Positions 1 to 11,291 of a stretch of 44,153 nucleotides of DNA are shown piece after piece. The position numbers and the translations under genes are program-made. The notes below the pieces were generated by a model. It had not been told where the DNA came from. It saw only the letters and a list, made by a program, of their open reading frames with translations, and ran no database searches. Every line of letters begins with the position of its first letter. The first letter of the stretch is position 1. Origin of the DNA: Octopus bimaculoides (taxonomy: Eukaryota); NCBI RefSeq assembly GCF_001194135.2, contig NC_068983.1, positions 51,040,452 to 51,084,604 of the forward strand. Reading direction: 5' to 3'.

Positions 1-1449
1 GTGTGCGTTTGTGTGTGTGTGTGTGTATGAACGTACATCTACGTACATGCAACTAACCAAGCTTCTCACACTTCCATAGTATTCTTAAGCATATTTTGTG
101 GTATATTTATCTCACAACGTAACATTCCTAAACCGAATATGACAGTCGTTTAAAATTGGAAATAATACATTTCTGGAAAATTATAGTGACTTCAAAATAT
201 TTTCACATGATTGTTATTTCCTAATGATGTGTACGCGTTGTATAATCTTTGATCTATATTTATGCCCCATCGCTAATTACATTTTTATCACTACTGAAGT
301 AGCCAGTCTAATTTTATTTCTGTTAATCAGATCGAAATATAAGGAAAAAAAACAAGCTATGATTACAGAATTTGTTGAAACGCAAAGGAACCTTCACCAA
401 CATTACAGTCCAGAAGAGAATTAAGCATCAAATTCATAAATTCTAAATATATTGTCAACTATATGATTATTCTGGGATACAAAGCAATAACAAAATTGGA
501 TATCTTTAAAATTTCAGTATAGGTGAAATCAAATCATGTCTCAGTTTCACGAATTCGTTTAGAGAATTGATAAAACCATATAATAAAGGAACGATGACCT
601 TACAAGAATTAACCTAGTCAATATCAGATATTAAATGTTTCCAATTCTTGCAATATGTACAACGGGATTTGATAGTATATTAAAGACAATGAATATGGTT
701 AATGCTTTCCCCGATATCAGTTCAATAAACTTTACAATAGTGAATATATATTGAATAGTCAATTCAAAAATTCAATGATTGTCTTTGAATTTGTTTAATG
801 TTGGGGAAAAAGAACGACCGAAGTTAACACTTTTTGTATGCGACAATAACATTTATGCTGCTCCTCATACGTGGAGCAGCGTAAATAATATTGGTTTTAC
901 ATCGTAAATTGTGAGCTACATTTTTAATAAAACTCTAGAGTAATTCTCTTCTATCACTTTAAATACTATAAGACGTCTTGTGATCATAAACTATCTACAA
1001 GGAGAACTGCTATTTATTTTTATAACTCCGAAAATGCCCAGGTAACGCTTTGTACTTGAGAATGTGTACATATTTTGAAGAATACATAATTCATCATAGG
1101 TTCAACAGGAAAGGCTTAAAATCTTTCATGCTTTACTTGTTTCTGTCATCTGAGACCAGCTATCCTGGACAAACAATCGATTTCACTGAATATAATATCG
1201 GCATGTTAATTAGCATGTGGACACTCAACGTGCATCATATACACTGCACGTATATGATTCACTTTCACCAGTCAATTGTTTGTTTCCATTTACTTTGTGT
1301 ATCACAATTAGAATATAACAAAACGACAACTACGTTCGCACATTCTTATTTACGTATGTGATAAGAGATTTCCTTGCTTGGATGAATGTAATACAGAAAT
1401 AAAAACGATTTATGTCGTTTGAATCCAATATTATATAGGTGATGGATAA

Positions 1450-1612
1450 AGCTGTGAGCCGGCAGAATTGTTTAGCATAGAGGGCAAAATGCTTAGAGTT
1501 ATTTCGTCCGTCACTACCTTCTAAGTTAAAATTCCATCAAAGTCCAAATTCATTTTCCTCGTTTCAAGGTCGATGAAATAAGTACTAGTTGATCACTAGG
1601 GTGAATGTAATA
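1450..1612 (+). mobile_element. Degenerate tRNA-derived SINE, family B
   Basis: GAGCCGGCAGAATTGTTTAGCA...AAATGCTTAGAGTTATTTCGTCCG...GGTCGATGAAATAAGTACTAGTTG aligns by eye with better-preserved copies at 17541 and 17768. Boundaries approximate. Confidence 0.55.
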
Positions 1613-3310
1613 TATTAAATATATTATATATGACTTATACATTAGGAGAAGCAAATATGAGGTCTTCCCGCATGTTTCCTGAAGTTAGAAGTCATGCGCA
1701 GAAACAACACTGGTATATTGATGAATATGTATTTCATAGATACACTTTAGATCGGGAAAGAAACATAGTTGGAATACCGTCTCGACAAAGTCCTTCCTAG
1801 TAGTATGAAGAACTGTAGAACTGATTATAAATATATAATTGAAACTCTTTTGTTTTTCAAATATATATCTTGCTTACATTTTATACAATGATATGCAAGC
1901 TAAGTGAACGTTTGACTCTACAGAAAGGAAATCGCATTCTTAAATAAGTCGACTGAGATATACAGATGTTCTGCGTTTCTTTACAAAGGCAAACATAATG
2001 AATTATGCTCATAAAATTAAATCTCAGGTAATACCAGTGTTCCAGAACATAGAAATCACACAAAAAGGACGAACTTCATATTCCAGCAACCTATTTTCTG
2101 ATACAAACTTAAAACTTTCCAATTAGATACGATCAATGATCATGAACATTAACACAACATTCGAATGAGAAGTGCATATGCTATTGAAATACAATGAACA
2201 CGTGAATGAATATTTTATCAACCCATTTTAGATGCAAGGTAAAATCAACTTTACTGCAGTTTTAACTCAAAACATTGTCGAATGAAGTTCTACATACTGA
2301 AATACATTTATCCATTCACTCTATCCATTCTGTTAATATCTCGCATTTATCTGTCTATGAAAGCAGATAGCGAACGAAGGCGCTAGGAGCAACATATTAG
2401 ATTGGAGTTATGTTTCGGTGAGCAGGCATGCAAATACGAATGGATTCGATTGCAGACTGCAAATCTGTAGTTTTGCTGATAGCACAAGTATACATGAGAT
2501 ATATTCTGAACTAGCTGATTCTCTTTTTCACAATGTGGTAAAGAAAAAATCCTTACCAAACATATGAACGTCATATAATCACATCTTTCATTTTATATAA
2601 ATCAAATTATTTATTAATAAGTAAAAAGAATATATCAATAACACCAAAACTATTCAGAATTGAAAAGTATTGAAATCATTCTGACATTAATTTGAAAACA
2701 ATAAATCACTTTTTTATTATTATGCCAAATACAGCATACAGAATTATTCATAATACATTCTATGTTTTCTCAAAATATTCTTTTGTGGAAAAAATATCTA
2801 TTTCCATATTTCTGAAGACGTTTATATAGTTATTTACTTCCATAAAGAAGAAATTAATAATTTGCACGTAACCGAAAAAAAGAAATATTAAAAATGACAA
2901 ACATAAAGCAGGAAATATTAAATTCTTCTAAACTAAGACTTATTCGAAATTATTATTTTTATTTAACTGAAGACACTCTTTTATTCATTCCTTTCTTTTA
3001 GAAGAATGAAATGTGTATGCACCGTGGTTCAATTGTTAGCTGATAAGAAACAGATACGATTTGGTATGTTGGTTCAGTATTTTAATTTTATTCTTGGATT
3101 TTCTAGCCATTATACTATATTAACCTTCAATGAGACACATCCATTTTAATGAGAGTGTTAAGTTGTTTTATTACTAAAACTGCAGTGTAGCAATGCTATA
3201 AATGTGCAAAGAGGAAAACTATTAAAGTTTATATGAATCCGAGAGGAAAGTATTACTTGCATATAACGCGAGAATAGATATTTAACGCGTGTTTCTCAAC
3301 CTCATGATTT

Positions 3311-3357
3311 ATATCTATCTATCTATTTATCTATATATCTATCTATCTATCTATCTA

Positions 3358-3393
<36 letters not shown>

Positions 3394-3399
3394 CATATA
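3311..3399. repeat. (TATC)n/(TA)n microsatellite running into a gap
   Basis: Read directly. Confidence 0.95.
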
Positions 3400-3600
3400 N
3401 NNNNNNNNNNNNNNNNNNNNNNNNNNNNNNNNNNNNNNNNNNNNNNNNNNNNNNNNNNNNNNNNNNNNNNNNNNNNNNNNNNNNNNNNNNNNNNNNNNNN
3501 NNNNNNNNNNNNNNNNNNNNNNNNNNNNNNNNNNNNNNNNNNNNNNNNNNNNNNNNNNNNNNNNNNNNNNNNNNNNNNNNNNNNNNNNNNNNNNNNNNNN

Positions 3601-4340
3601 ATCCTATCTGGGTTTCCATTGACAGAGCCATCCTCTAGGCAAGGTGCGGGGTATCCTACATTACTGAGACGGTTTCTTCGGTACAATTAAAGGAACATTT
3701 AGCGTTTAACTTCGATTGTTTTATAAACCCAGGGTTCCTTAGCACCTCTCTTTTTACCATCGTATTTTCCATCGTATTTTCAGCCTCCATCTATCTTATT
3801 TACAGTGGAACTTTCGATTACTTTTGAGATGTTTGTTTGCCCGTCATCTCTTAAGAATTTTCTTCTCTGTTGGAATCTGGTTCTTATATGTGTTCTTGTG
3901 CACTGGGTCAGATTTATAGTACGTTGCTTTCATTACATACATGAAATATTTAAGTTTCATATCGATATCTGGTGCGGAGAGACATTTAAACCAATCATTT
4001 AGAGCATTGTTTACTAAACAGATTTCCCTTTTGTTTATTGAATGTTTAGACAGGAAAGATTGACTTTGTGTGCTTCATATAGGCTGTATATCTACAAATT
4101 CCTTTGGTTCATACATAGTCAACTCTATTACAATGTGATCTGGTTCTAGCGTCAATGTCACTATCCTATTATTGGACAATATCTATATTGTTAGTGAAGC
4201 AGACATCCTGTATAAATGTTACATTTGTTGCTTTCAACAAAATTTCCTGTATGAATACGGCGGTACGTTTGAGGAGGGACTCTCCTGGACTCGTTAATGA
4301 TATGTCTTTCTTGATAATTTGAAGTCACCCAAGATAAATA
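3601..4340 (-). mobile_element. Decayed LINE fragment: end of the APE endonuclease and the linker after it (CR1/L2/Jockey-like)
   Basis: Minus-strand translation with stops and frameshifts gives ILFILGDFK (GDFN motif), QDVCFTNNIDIV (D-L-x-F-T-N motif), EPDHIVIELTM (SDH motif), then DWFKCLSAPDIDMKLKYFM...QIPTEKKILKR. The motifs are in the order expected for a LINE ORF2 endonuclease. Confidence 0.6.
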
Positions 4341-5049
4341 AAATTATGTGTTTTTCGAGTTACAGCACTGTCAGACTTGCTTGCGTAAGTTGGAGAAGCC
4401 ACTGAGCAATATGTTTAATACGATATTTCACGTTAATACGATTTATCAATATATACACCTGTACACGGCATTAGGCCATTTTAAAGTAAATATTCGCTGG
4501 GAATCCTATACTAGAAACAATTTGTATAACAATAAATTTAATTAATAATCTTGCGAAGTTTTCGCTTTATACATACATGTAAATGTATTCTTCATTTGAA
4601 TATTAAAAATGTAATTAAGAAATTAGAAATCATTTTTCAGTTCAATGCCTGAAGAAAATTAATGTCAAAATATCATTGCGCAATTGTTTGTGCTCATATA
4701 CATCATTACGATTTACATGCAATAAGTAAAACGTGTAGATATGCCTTATCAAATATTATAGAATTCGTGTATAAAATGTCGGCACAAATAACTTTCCCTC
4801 ATTATGCAAATAGCTGATATTTGAAAAGAATATGCGACATCGTAATGTATATTTAATTAGAAATAAACATTTCAGAATATCTATAAATTCTTTTATTTTA
4901 CGTATGGGTTGAACATAAATATTATGCACAAAAAGCATACTAATAGATAATTTCTCGAATGATATCAGACCGGTTTTTAACAGCAACTTATATTTTCAGC
5001 TCGCAATTGATTGAACTTACAAATATAACGTCATTCACCATTTAATAAA

Positions 5050-5067
5050 CACACACACACACGCACA

Positions 5068-5110
<43 letters not shown>
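5050..5110. repeat. (CA)n microsatellite running into a gap
   Basis: Read directly. Confidence 0.95.
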
Positions 5111-6554
5111 NNNNNNNNNNNNNNNNNNNNNNNNNNNNNNNNNNNNNNNNNNNNNNNNNNNNNNNNNNNNNNNNNNNNNNNNNNNNNNNNNNNNNNNNNN
5201 NNNNNNNNNNNNNNNNNNNNNNNNNNNNNNNNNNNNNNNNNNNNNNNNNNNNNNNNNNNNNNNNNNNNNNNNNNNNNNNNNNNNNNNNNNNNNNNNNNNN
5301 NNNNNNNNNNNNNNNNNNNNNNNNNNNNNNNNNNNNNNNNNNNNNNNNNNNNNNNNNNNNNNNNNNNNNNNNNNNNNNNNNNNNNNNNNNNNNNNNNNNN
5401 NNNNNNNNNNNNNNNNNNNNNNNNNNNNNNNNNNNNNNNNNNNNNNNNNNNNNNNNNNNNNNNNNNNNNNNNNNNNNNNNNNNNNNNNNNNNNNNNNNNN
5501 NNNNNNNNNNNNNNNNNNNNNNNNNNNNNNNNNNNNNNNNNNNNNNNNNNNNNNNNNNNNNNNNNNNNNNNNNNNNNNNNNNNNNNNNNNNNNNNNNNNN
5601 NNNNNNNNNNTATATATATATACATATACATATATGTATGTACAGTAATATACCTTGAGTGATATTGGTAATCGAATGATGATGAAACGTTTCGCAGCAA
5701 TATCGTTGAAATTAGCTAAGTGAACAGAATTAGATCGTAGAACTTGCGGACGGAAGTCAGTTCCACACATATTTTCCGCGTCTCATTCTATTGTACAAAG
5801 TTATGTAATGTTTTTTAAACAGTCATATCCCATAAGTGTCCAATAAATACGACTTCTATCATATGGCTAACCATACATGCATCTATATACTTTCAAAACT
5901 TTGATTCTGAATATATATATTTCCAAAAAGCATCGTTCCTAGTTCCAACTTATATCTATATTTTAAACATGTCTCATCATATAATCTACGCTTATACAAG
6001 AACGTTCTTGTGAAACTTGCCGTAAAGAATCTTTAACATATATTTAAAGATTTAGTTGTATTGAACATTGACATAAAAATGCACCAACTGTAAAATAATA
6101 TAATTTTATACATAATGAAGTTAAATCGATAACTAACATTTATTTATAAACTACATTTATCTTTATTTGAATTTGAAATATTTTGTATATGTCGGTAAGT
6201 TCTGTATACGTAAATGAAACAGCTGTTACGCACATATAAAGAATGTTCTAAACATTCATTTTAAATTATAATGTATATGCATAAACACCGGTCACACTTT
6301 TAATTATTAGAATGTAAAAGTCTTTCGGAGTTTAAAGCACTTATCGGGTTGCTAAATAAGGAATATTAACCCCAAGATATTTAAAGATAATTTCCGTAAT
6401 GCTACTATATAGGAACAAACTTTATCGCATTCATAATAGTGTAATATGTTGCTCATAAGACACACGTATAATTTTATGTAAATCTGATGACCAGCAAAAA
6501 CAATACTTCCTAATATAGGAGCAAGATTTTACTAGAGAGGGCTAGTTGGAACCA

Positions 6555-6665
6555 TGGGTTCAGCTAGTACTTAATTCAACGACTCCGAAATGATAAAAGG
6601 TAAAGTCGATGGTGGTGGAATTTGAAATCAAAATATAAAGAAGACCGTGCTAACGATTTTCGCTT
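6555..6665 (-). mobile_element. Degenerate SINE family B fragment
   Basis: CTAGTACTTAATTCAACGACTCCGAAATGATAAAAGGTAAAGTCGA...GGAATTTGAAATCAAAA matches copies at 14855 and 34703. Confidence 0.5.
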
Positions 6666-6758
6666 TGACCAGTTAAATAATACGCGGCTATCATTAACAG
6701 TAATTTCGTTATCATGGTGCTTCTATTCCGTACATATTTATACGATAATTTTTTACAT

Positions 6759-6897
6759 AGGTGCAGGAGTGTCTGTGTGGTAAGCAGCTCGCTTCAGTCC
6801 CACTGCGTGGCACTTTGGGGAGGTATCTTCTAATATGGCCTTGTTTCGACTAAATCCTTGTGAGTGAAGTTGGCAGACGGAAGCTGAAAGAAGCTCG

Positions 6898-6965
<68 letters not shown>

Positions 6966-7050
6966 GTGTGTGCGCGCGTGTGTGTGCGCATGTGTGTGTG
7001 TGCGTGTGTGTGTATGTGTGTGTGTCTGGTTTCGTCCGCTACCATCGCTG
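6759..7050 (+). mobile_element. tRNA-derived SINE family A, 3'-truncated, with an internal deletion through the B-box region and an expanded internal (TA)n/(TG)n
   Basis: The head AGGTGCAGGAGTGTCTGTGTGGTAAG and the body match the reverse complement of 29900-30305 and 41196-41596. The segment between GCTT and CAGTCCC that those copies have is missing. Confidence 0.85.
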
Positions 7051-7647
7051 TTGTCGAGCAAAATAAATATAATGAATTAAACTTTTGATTAAACGTGTGC
7101 AACATTCCCTTTCAAGCTTTACTGTATATGTTTACGCGTGTGCATATATATTGTTGTACGAAGTCGCTCTTCGTATACATAAGTCTAGATACTCATGACT
7201 TTATCATACGGAATAACGTTGCTGAAGATAGCAGTAGGTATATATATATTTGTTTTTACCTTAAGCTTGAAACGGGATCTTGTACACGTTTAACCAAAAG
7301 TATCATTCTTTTGCTCGACTACAGCCTGTTTTATTATATATCTTAGAGATTTTAAAGTGATATTAGCGTCTTTTGGTATCTATTTCTAGCGCGTGGGAAG
7401 GCTTACAGCCAATCTCATGTTATGCTCATGTATATAATCATTATGATATTGGTAAAATTCAACTATATATATATATATATATATAGTGAAGTATATTTGC
7501 CACTTAAATGTGGCTGACCCCGAGGGGTGGATGTTACTGTTGCTTTTAACCCCAGGAGGACATCTCCTCCAGCTGGCTATCGACACACATCTGTGCCCTG
7601 TCTGTATTTGCCAAGGGAAGTTATCTTTCCCATCGTGATCTACGTTA

Positions 7648-7692
7648 CGTACGTACCCGAGTTTCAGGGTTATTTCCCTTCTTCAGCGTACA
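7648..7692 (-). ncRNA. Type I hammerhead ribozyme, canonical core, predicted GUA cleavage between 7654 and 7653
   Basis: Minus strand reads UGUACG CUGAAGA AGGG-AAAUAA-CCCU GAAA C-UCGG-G U A / CGUACG. That is stem I (5 Watson-Crick pairs plus U-G), an intact CUGANGA, a 4-bp stem II, GAAA, a 2-bp stem III in a near-palindrome ACUCGGGU, and an NUH site. Confidence 0.85.
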
Positions 7693-7693
7693 A

Positions 7694-7812
7694 CAATCAC
7701 CGACCTTCGATGCAAAAGACATCCCTTGGCAAATATATCAGTGAATAATTTCACTGGAGAAAGTTACATATATTTGCCAAGGTATGTCTTGTGCATCGAA
7801 GGTCGGCGATTG
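7694..7812. repeat. Inverted repeat with 45-bp arms (7694-7738 / 7768-7812, 3 mismatches) and an inner 7-bp hairpin (7739-7756)
   Basis: Arms compared base by base: CAATCaCCGACCTTCGATGCAaAAGACATcCCTTGGCAAATATAT against the reverse complement of the right arm. Confidence 0.95.
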
Positions 7813-8477
7813 NNNNNNNNNNNNNNNNNNNNNNNNNNNNNNNNNNNNNNNNNNNNNNNNNNNNNNNNNNNNNNNNNNNNNNNNNNNNNNNNNNNNNNNN
7901 NNNNNNNNNNNNNNNNNNNNNNNNNNNNNNNNNNNNNNNNNNNNNNNNNNNNNNNNNNNNNNNNNNNNNNNNNNNNNNNNNNNNNNNNNNNNNNNNNNNN
8001 NNNNNNNNNNNNNNNNNNNNNNNNNNNNNNNNNNNNNNNNNNNNNNNNNNNNNNNNNNNNNNNNNNNNNNNNNNNNNNNNNNNNNNNNNNNNNNNNNNNN
8101 NNNNNNNNNNNNNNNNNNNNNNNNNNNNNNNNNNNNNNNNNNNNNNNNNNNNNNNNNNNNNNNNNNNNNNNNNNNNNNNNNNNNNNNNNNNNNNNNNNNN
8201 NNNNNNNNNNNNNNNNNNNNNNNNNNNNNNNNNNNNNNNNNNNNNNNNNNNNNNNNNNNNNNNNNNNNNNNNNNNNNNNNNNNNNNNNNNNNNNNNNNNN
8301 NNNNNNNNNNNNNNNNNNNNNNNNNNNNNNNNNNNNNNNNNNNNNNNNNNNNNNNNNNNNNNNNNNNNNNNNNNNNNNNNNNNNNNNNNNNNNNNNNNNN
8401 NNNNNNNNNNNNNNNNNNNNNNNNNNNNNNNNNNNNNNNNNNNNNNNNNNNNNNNNNNNNNNNNNNNNNNNNNNNNN

Positions 8478-8521
<44 letters not shown>
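8478..8521. repeat. (TA)n(GA)n microsatellite
   Basis: Read directly. Confidence 0.95.
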
Positions 8522-8526
<5 letters not shown>

Positions 8527-8630
8527 ATTTAGGAAAAAACAACATAAAGTCTTGAGCGTTTCGAACCTACGCTCTTCAACAAAAAGGAATACAGAAAGAA
8601 ACAAGGAGAGAAACAAGGAGAGATAACAAA
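8522..8630 (-). mobile_element. Degenerate, internally deleted copy of the short hammerhead-bearing element (family H2)
   Basis: Starts GGAGAA like 10553. Contains AAAGTCTTGAGCGTTTCGAACCTACGCTCTTCAACA (compare 10640-10673). The core has C3U and a disrupted stem III. Confidence 0.75.
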
Positions 8631-10552
8631 GAAGTGGTGACCCTAAGACGAGAAGGTGCGTGTTTGTGAGAGAATACTGGTGATATATGCGACTACAAGG
8701 TAAATCGATTGAGGAAGACGAAATCCCGTCTGGAAAGGATGGCTGGATTGTAAAATTTAATTCCAATGCCTGTGCTATGAGCATGAACGTTAATTATTCA
8801 CTCTTACATCAATTACAAGTAAAAAACAACAAGAACAATTTAACGGACTGTACAATCAAGTAAGTTCAATCCACAACCACCGAAATTCACAGACATATAC
8901 GTACCTACGTGCATACACGCGCGCACACACACATATTGTTGAGTGTGTATTCGCGCACGTGTCTGTGCCAATGTGTGTGCCTATAAAATAAATATGTGCC
9001 TGTGTCTAGGAATTTTTGTGTATCTTAAGAAGAAAGATGCTGAAGCTGTATCCTTGGCGTCTCAAGCTCCGACATTAATTTTTCTGTAAGAGTTACAATA
9101 CAAACACAACATGACAAACGTCCAAATAAAGGCCGTGTAAAAAAAGTATTGTGAACAAGATATATGTTGTGATTGAGGTTTTATATTGTAAGTTTAACCT
9201 TGCCACTACACTTTTAGTTAACATCTTCTCATTAACCATTCAGTGTATACGAATTACTATTAAAGTCTTCTGCTCTACTACTTGTAGACATAAACAAACA
9301 GTAATAAAAATGACAAAGATCAGATGTAAAATCAGTCATCATTCATATCGATACAATAAATATCTCAAATCTATAACAATAAAACATTTTCTACTTGTTA
9401 TAAAAATATAACAAAAATGAACAGTTTTTCGCTCTGTAGAACAAAGCGTTTCATGTGTTCCTTTTCGTATGTTGCTTTCAGTTTATTTAATTAGGTATAT
9501 GCAAACGTATTTTCATCATAATTTTCCAGCAATATTTATGCATGTGTGTGTGCGTGTGTTTGAGTGTGTGTGTGTGNNNNNNNNNNNNNNNNNNNNNNNN
9601 NNNNNNNNNNNNNNNNNNNNNNNNNNNNNNNNNNNNNNNNNNNNNNNNNNNNNNNNNNNNNNNNNNNNNNNNNNNNNNNNNNNNNNNNNNNNNNNNNNNN
9701 NNNNNNNNNNNNNNNNNNNNNNNNNNNNNNNNNNNNNNNNNNNNNNNNNNNNNNNNNNNNNNNNNNNNNNNNNNNNNNNNNNNNNNNNNNNNNNNNNNNN
9801 NNNNNNNNNNNNNNNNNNNNNNNNNNNNNNNNNNNNNNNNNNNNNNNNNNNNNNNNNNNNNNNNNNNNNNNNNNNNNNNNNNNNNNNNNNNNNNNNNNNN
9901 NNNNNNNNNNNNNNNNNNNNNNNNNNNNNNNNNNNNNNNNNNNNNNNNNNNNNNNNNNNNNNNNNNTATATATATATATACATACATACTACACATCGAA
10001 TACATAACAGATTAATTTCATAGGCTCACAGGAGCCTTCAATACAAAGAAGTTATTGTTGCCAATGAAATTTGTAAAATAGAAAGCTTAAATTTATTTTA
10101 TTTCCTTCCGACTTAATTGCAAGGGTTAAGGGTTATTGTAATGAGAATGACCGTGAAGAATGGTTACAATATGATAAATAGTCATTCACTAGAATGTGTA
10201 TATGCTTTCATTTTTAAAACCATTCTCACACTGGCAGATATTCACCACTCGATACAAGTAGAAAATTAGTGCCCATTATATTTTATGTAGATAGAGCTAC
10301 AATGACGGCGTAGAAGATACTGTATGCACCATGAAAATAGAAAATCTTAGATATATGGCAGTTAGTTCATGTGATATACAGTAAACTAAATGAATGCGCC
10401 ATTTCAAGCCTGAGAAAGACCAGCAGCCTGAAAATATGGTACCCAGTAGAGATGTGTTTTCACATAAGAACTTCCGTATAAATATATACATATCTATAAC
10501 AAACAAAGAATCTCGTATTATTTACTCACCATTACACATGTATCATATGCTA

Positions 10553-10719
10553 GGAGAACGTACGAAAAAATAACAACAGACGAGGACAGGTGGTGTAAAT
10601 AAGAAAAGGATGTATTAGTATGACGCTCGGGAATACGGAAAGTCTTTGACGTTTCGAGCTACGCTCTTCAACAGAAAGAATACGGAGACAAGGAGAAAAA
10701 CACGGAGAAAAAAAATTGA
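10553..10719 (-). mobile_element. 167-bp retro-insertion with an 11-bp TSD carrying a minimal hammerhead (family H2; Penelope pLTR-like)
   Basis: Exact direct repeat ATCATATGCTA at 10542-10552 and 10720-10730. Homologous to 8522-8630 and 24145-24252. Confidence 0.85.
10643..10679 (-). ncRNA. Minimal type I hammerhead with an A6U core variant, predicted GUC cleavage between 10648 and 10647
   Basis: Minus strand reads UCUUU CUGUUGA A GAGC-GUA-GCUC GAAAC GUC / AAAGA: 5-bp stem I, an extra A after A9, 4-bp stem II, and a loopless palindromic stem III (ACGU). Confidence 0.65.
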
Positions 10720-11040
10720 ATCATATGCTATTAGGAACCTCCAAATTGTTCATGCTGGATATACATCGAAGACATTTTTAATAAGAAATTTCTTACACTT
10801 GCATACAACTTGTACAATTATCTGATTCCTGTACGCAAATCAAAATTGTGTAATGATGAATGAATAATACCCGAAAGATTTCCACGTTCTTCTTTTGTTA
10901 TATATCTCCGCAAACAATATTTGCAGAATGTTCACCTCTAATAAGTACATCAAATCAATATAACAATGTAACTACTACATCATGCATTGTAATACTGGAA
11001 TAAGTAGAGATGCTATAAGACACAACTTGCAATTTTCAGT

Positions 11041-11044
<4 letters not shown>

Positions 11045-11078
<34 letters not shown>

Positions 11079-11100
11079 ACACACACACACATATATATAT
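11045..11100. repeat. (CA)n(TA)n microsatellite running into a gap
   Basis: Read directly. Confidence 0.95.
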
Positions 11101-11291
11101 NNNNNNNNNNNNNNNNNNNNNNNNNNNNNNNNNNNNNNNNNNNNNNNNNNNNNNNNNNNNNNNNNNNNNNNNNNNNNNNNNNNNNNNNNNNNNNNNNNNN
11201 NNNNNNNNNNNNNNNNNNNNNNNNNNNNNNNNNNNNNNNNNNNNNNNNNNNNNNNNNNNNNNNNNNNNNNNNNNNNNNNNNNNNNNCATAT

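Larger units (their letters stand above)
7486..7812 (-). mobile_element. Highly structured hammerhead-containing element (retrozyme-like or Penelope-associated), 5' part lost in the gap at 7813
   Basis: Contains a long hairpin (7694-7812), a hammerhead (7648-7692), small hairpins GGAGGA-CATC-TCCTCC and GCCAC-TTAAAT-GTGGC, and four copies of the TATTTGCCA motif in both orientations. Abuts a (TA)n tract. Confidence 0.6.
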
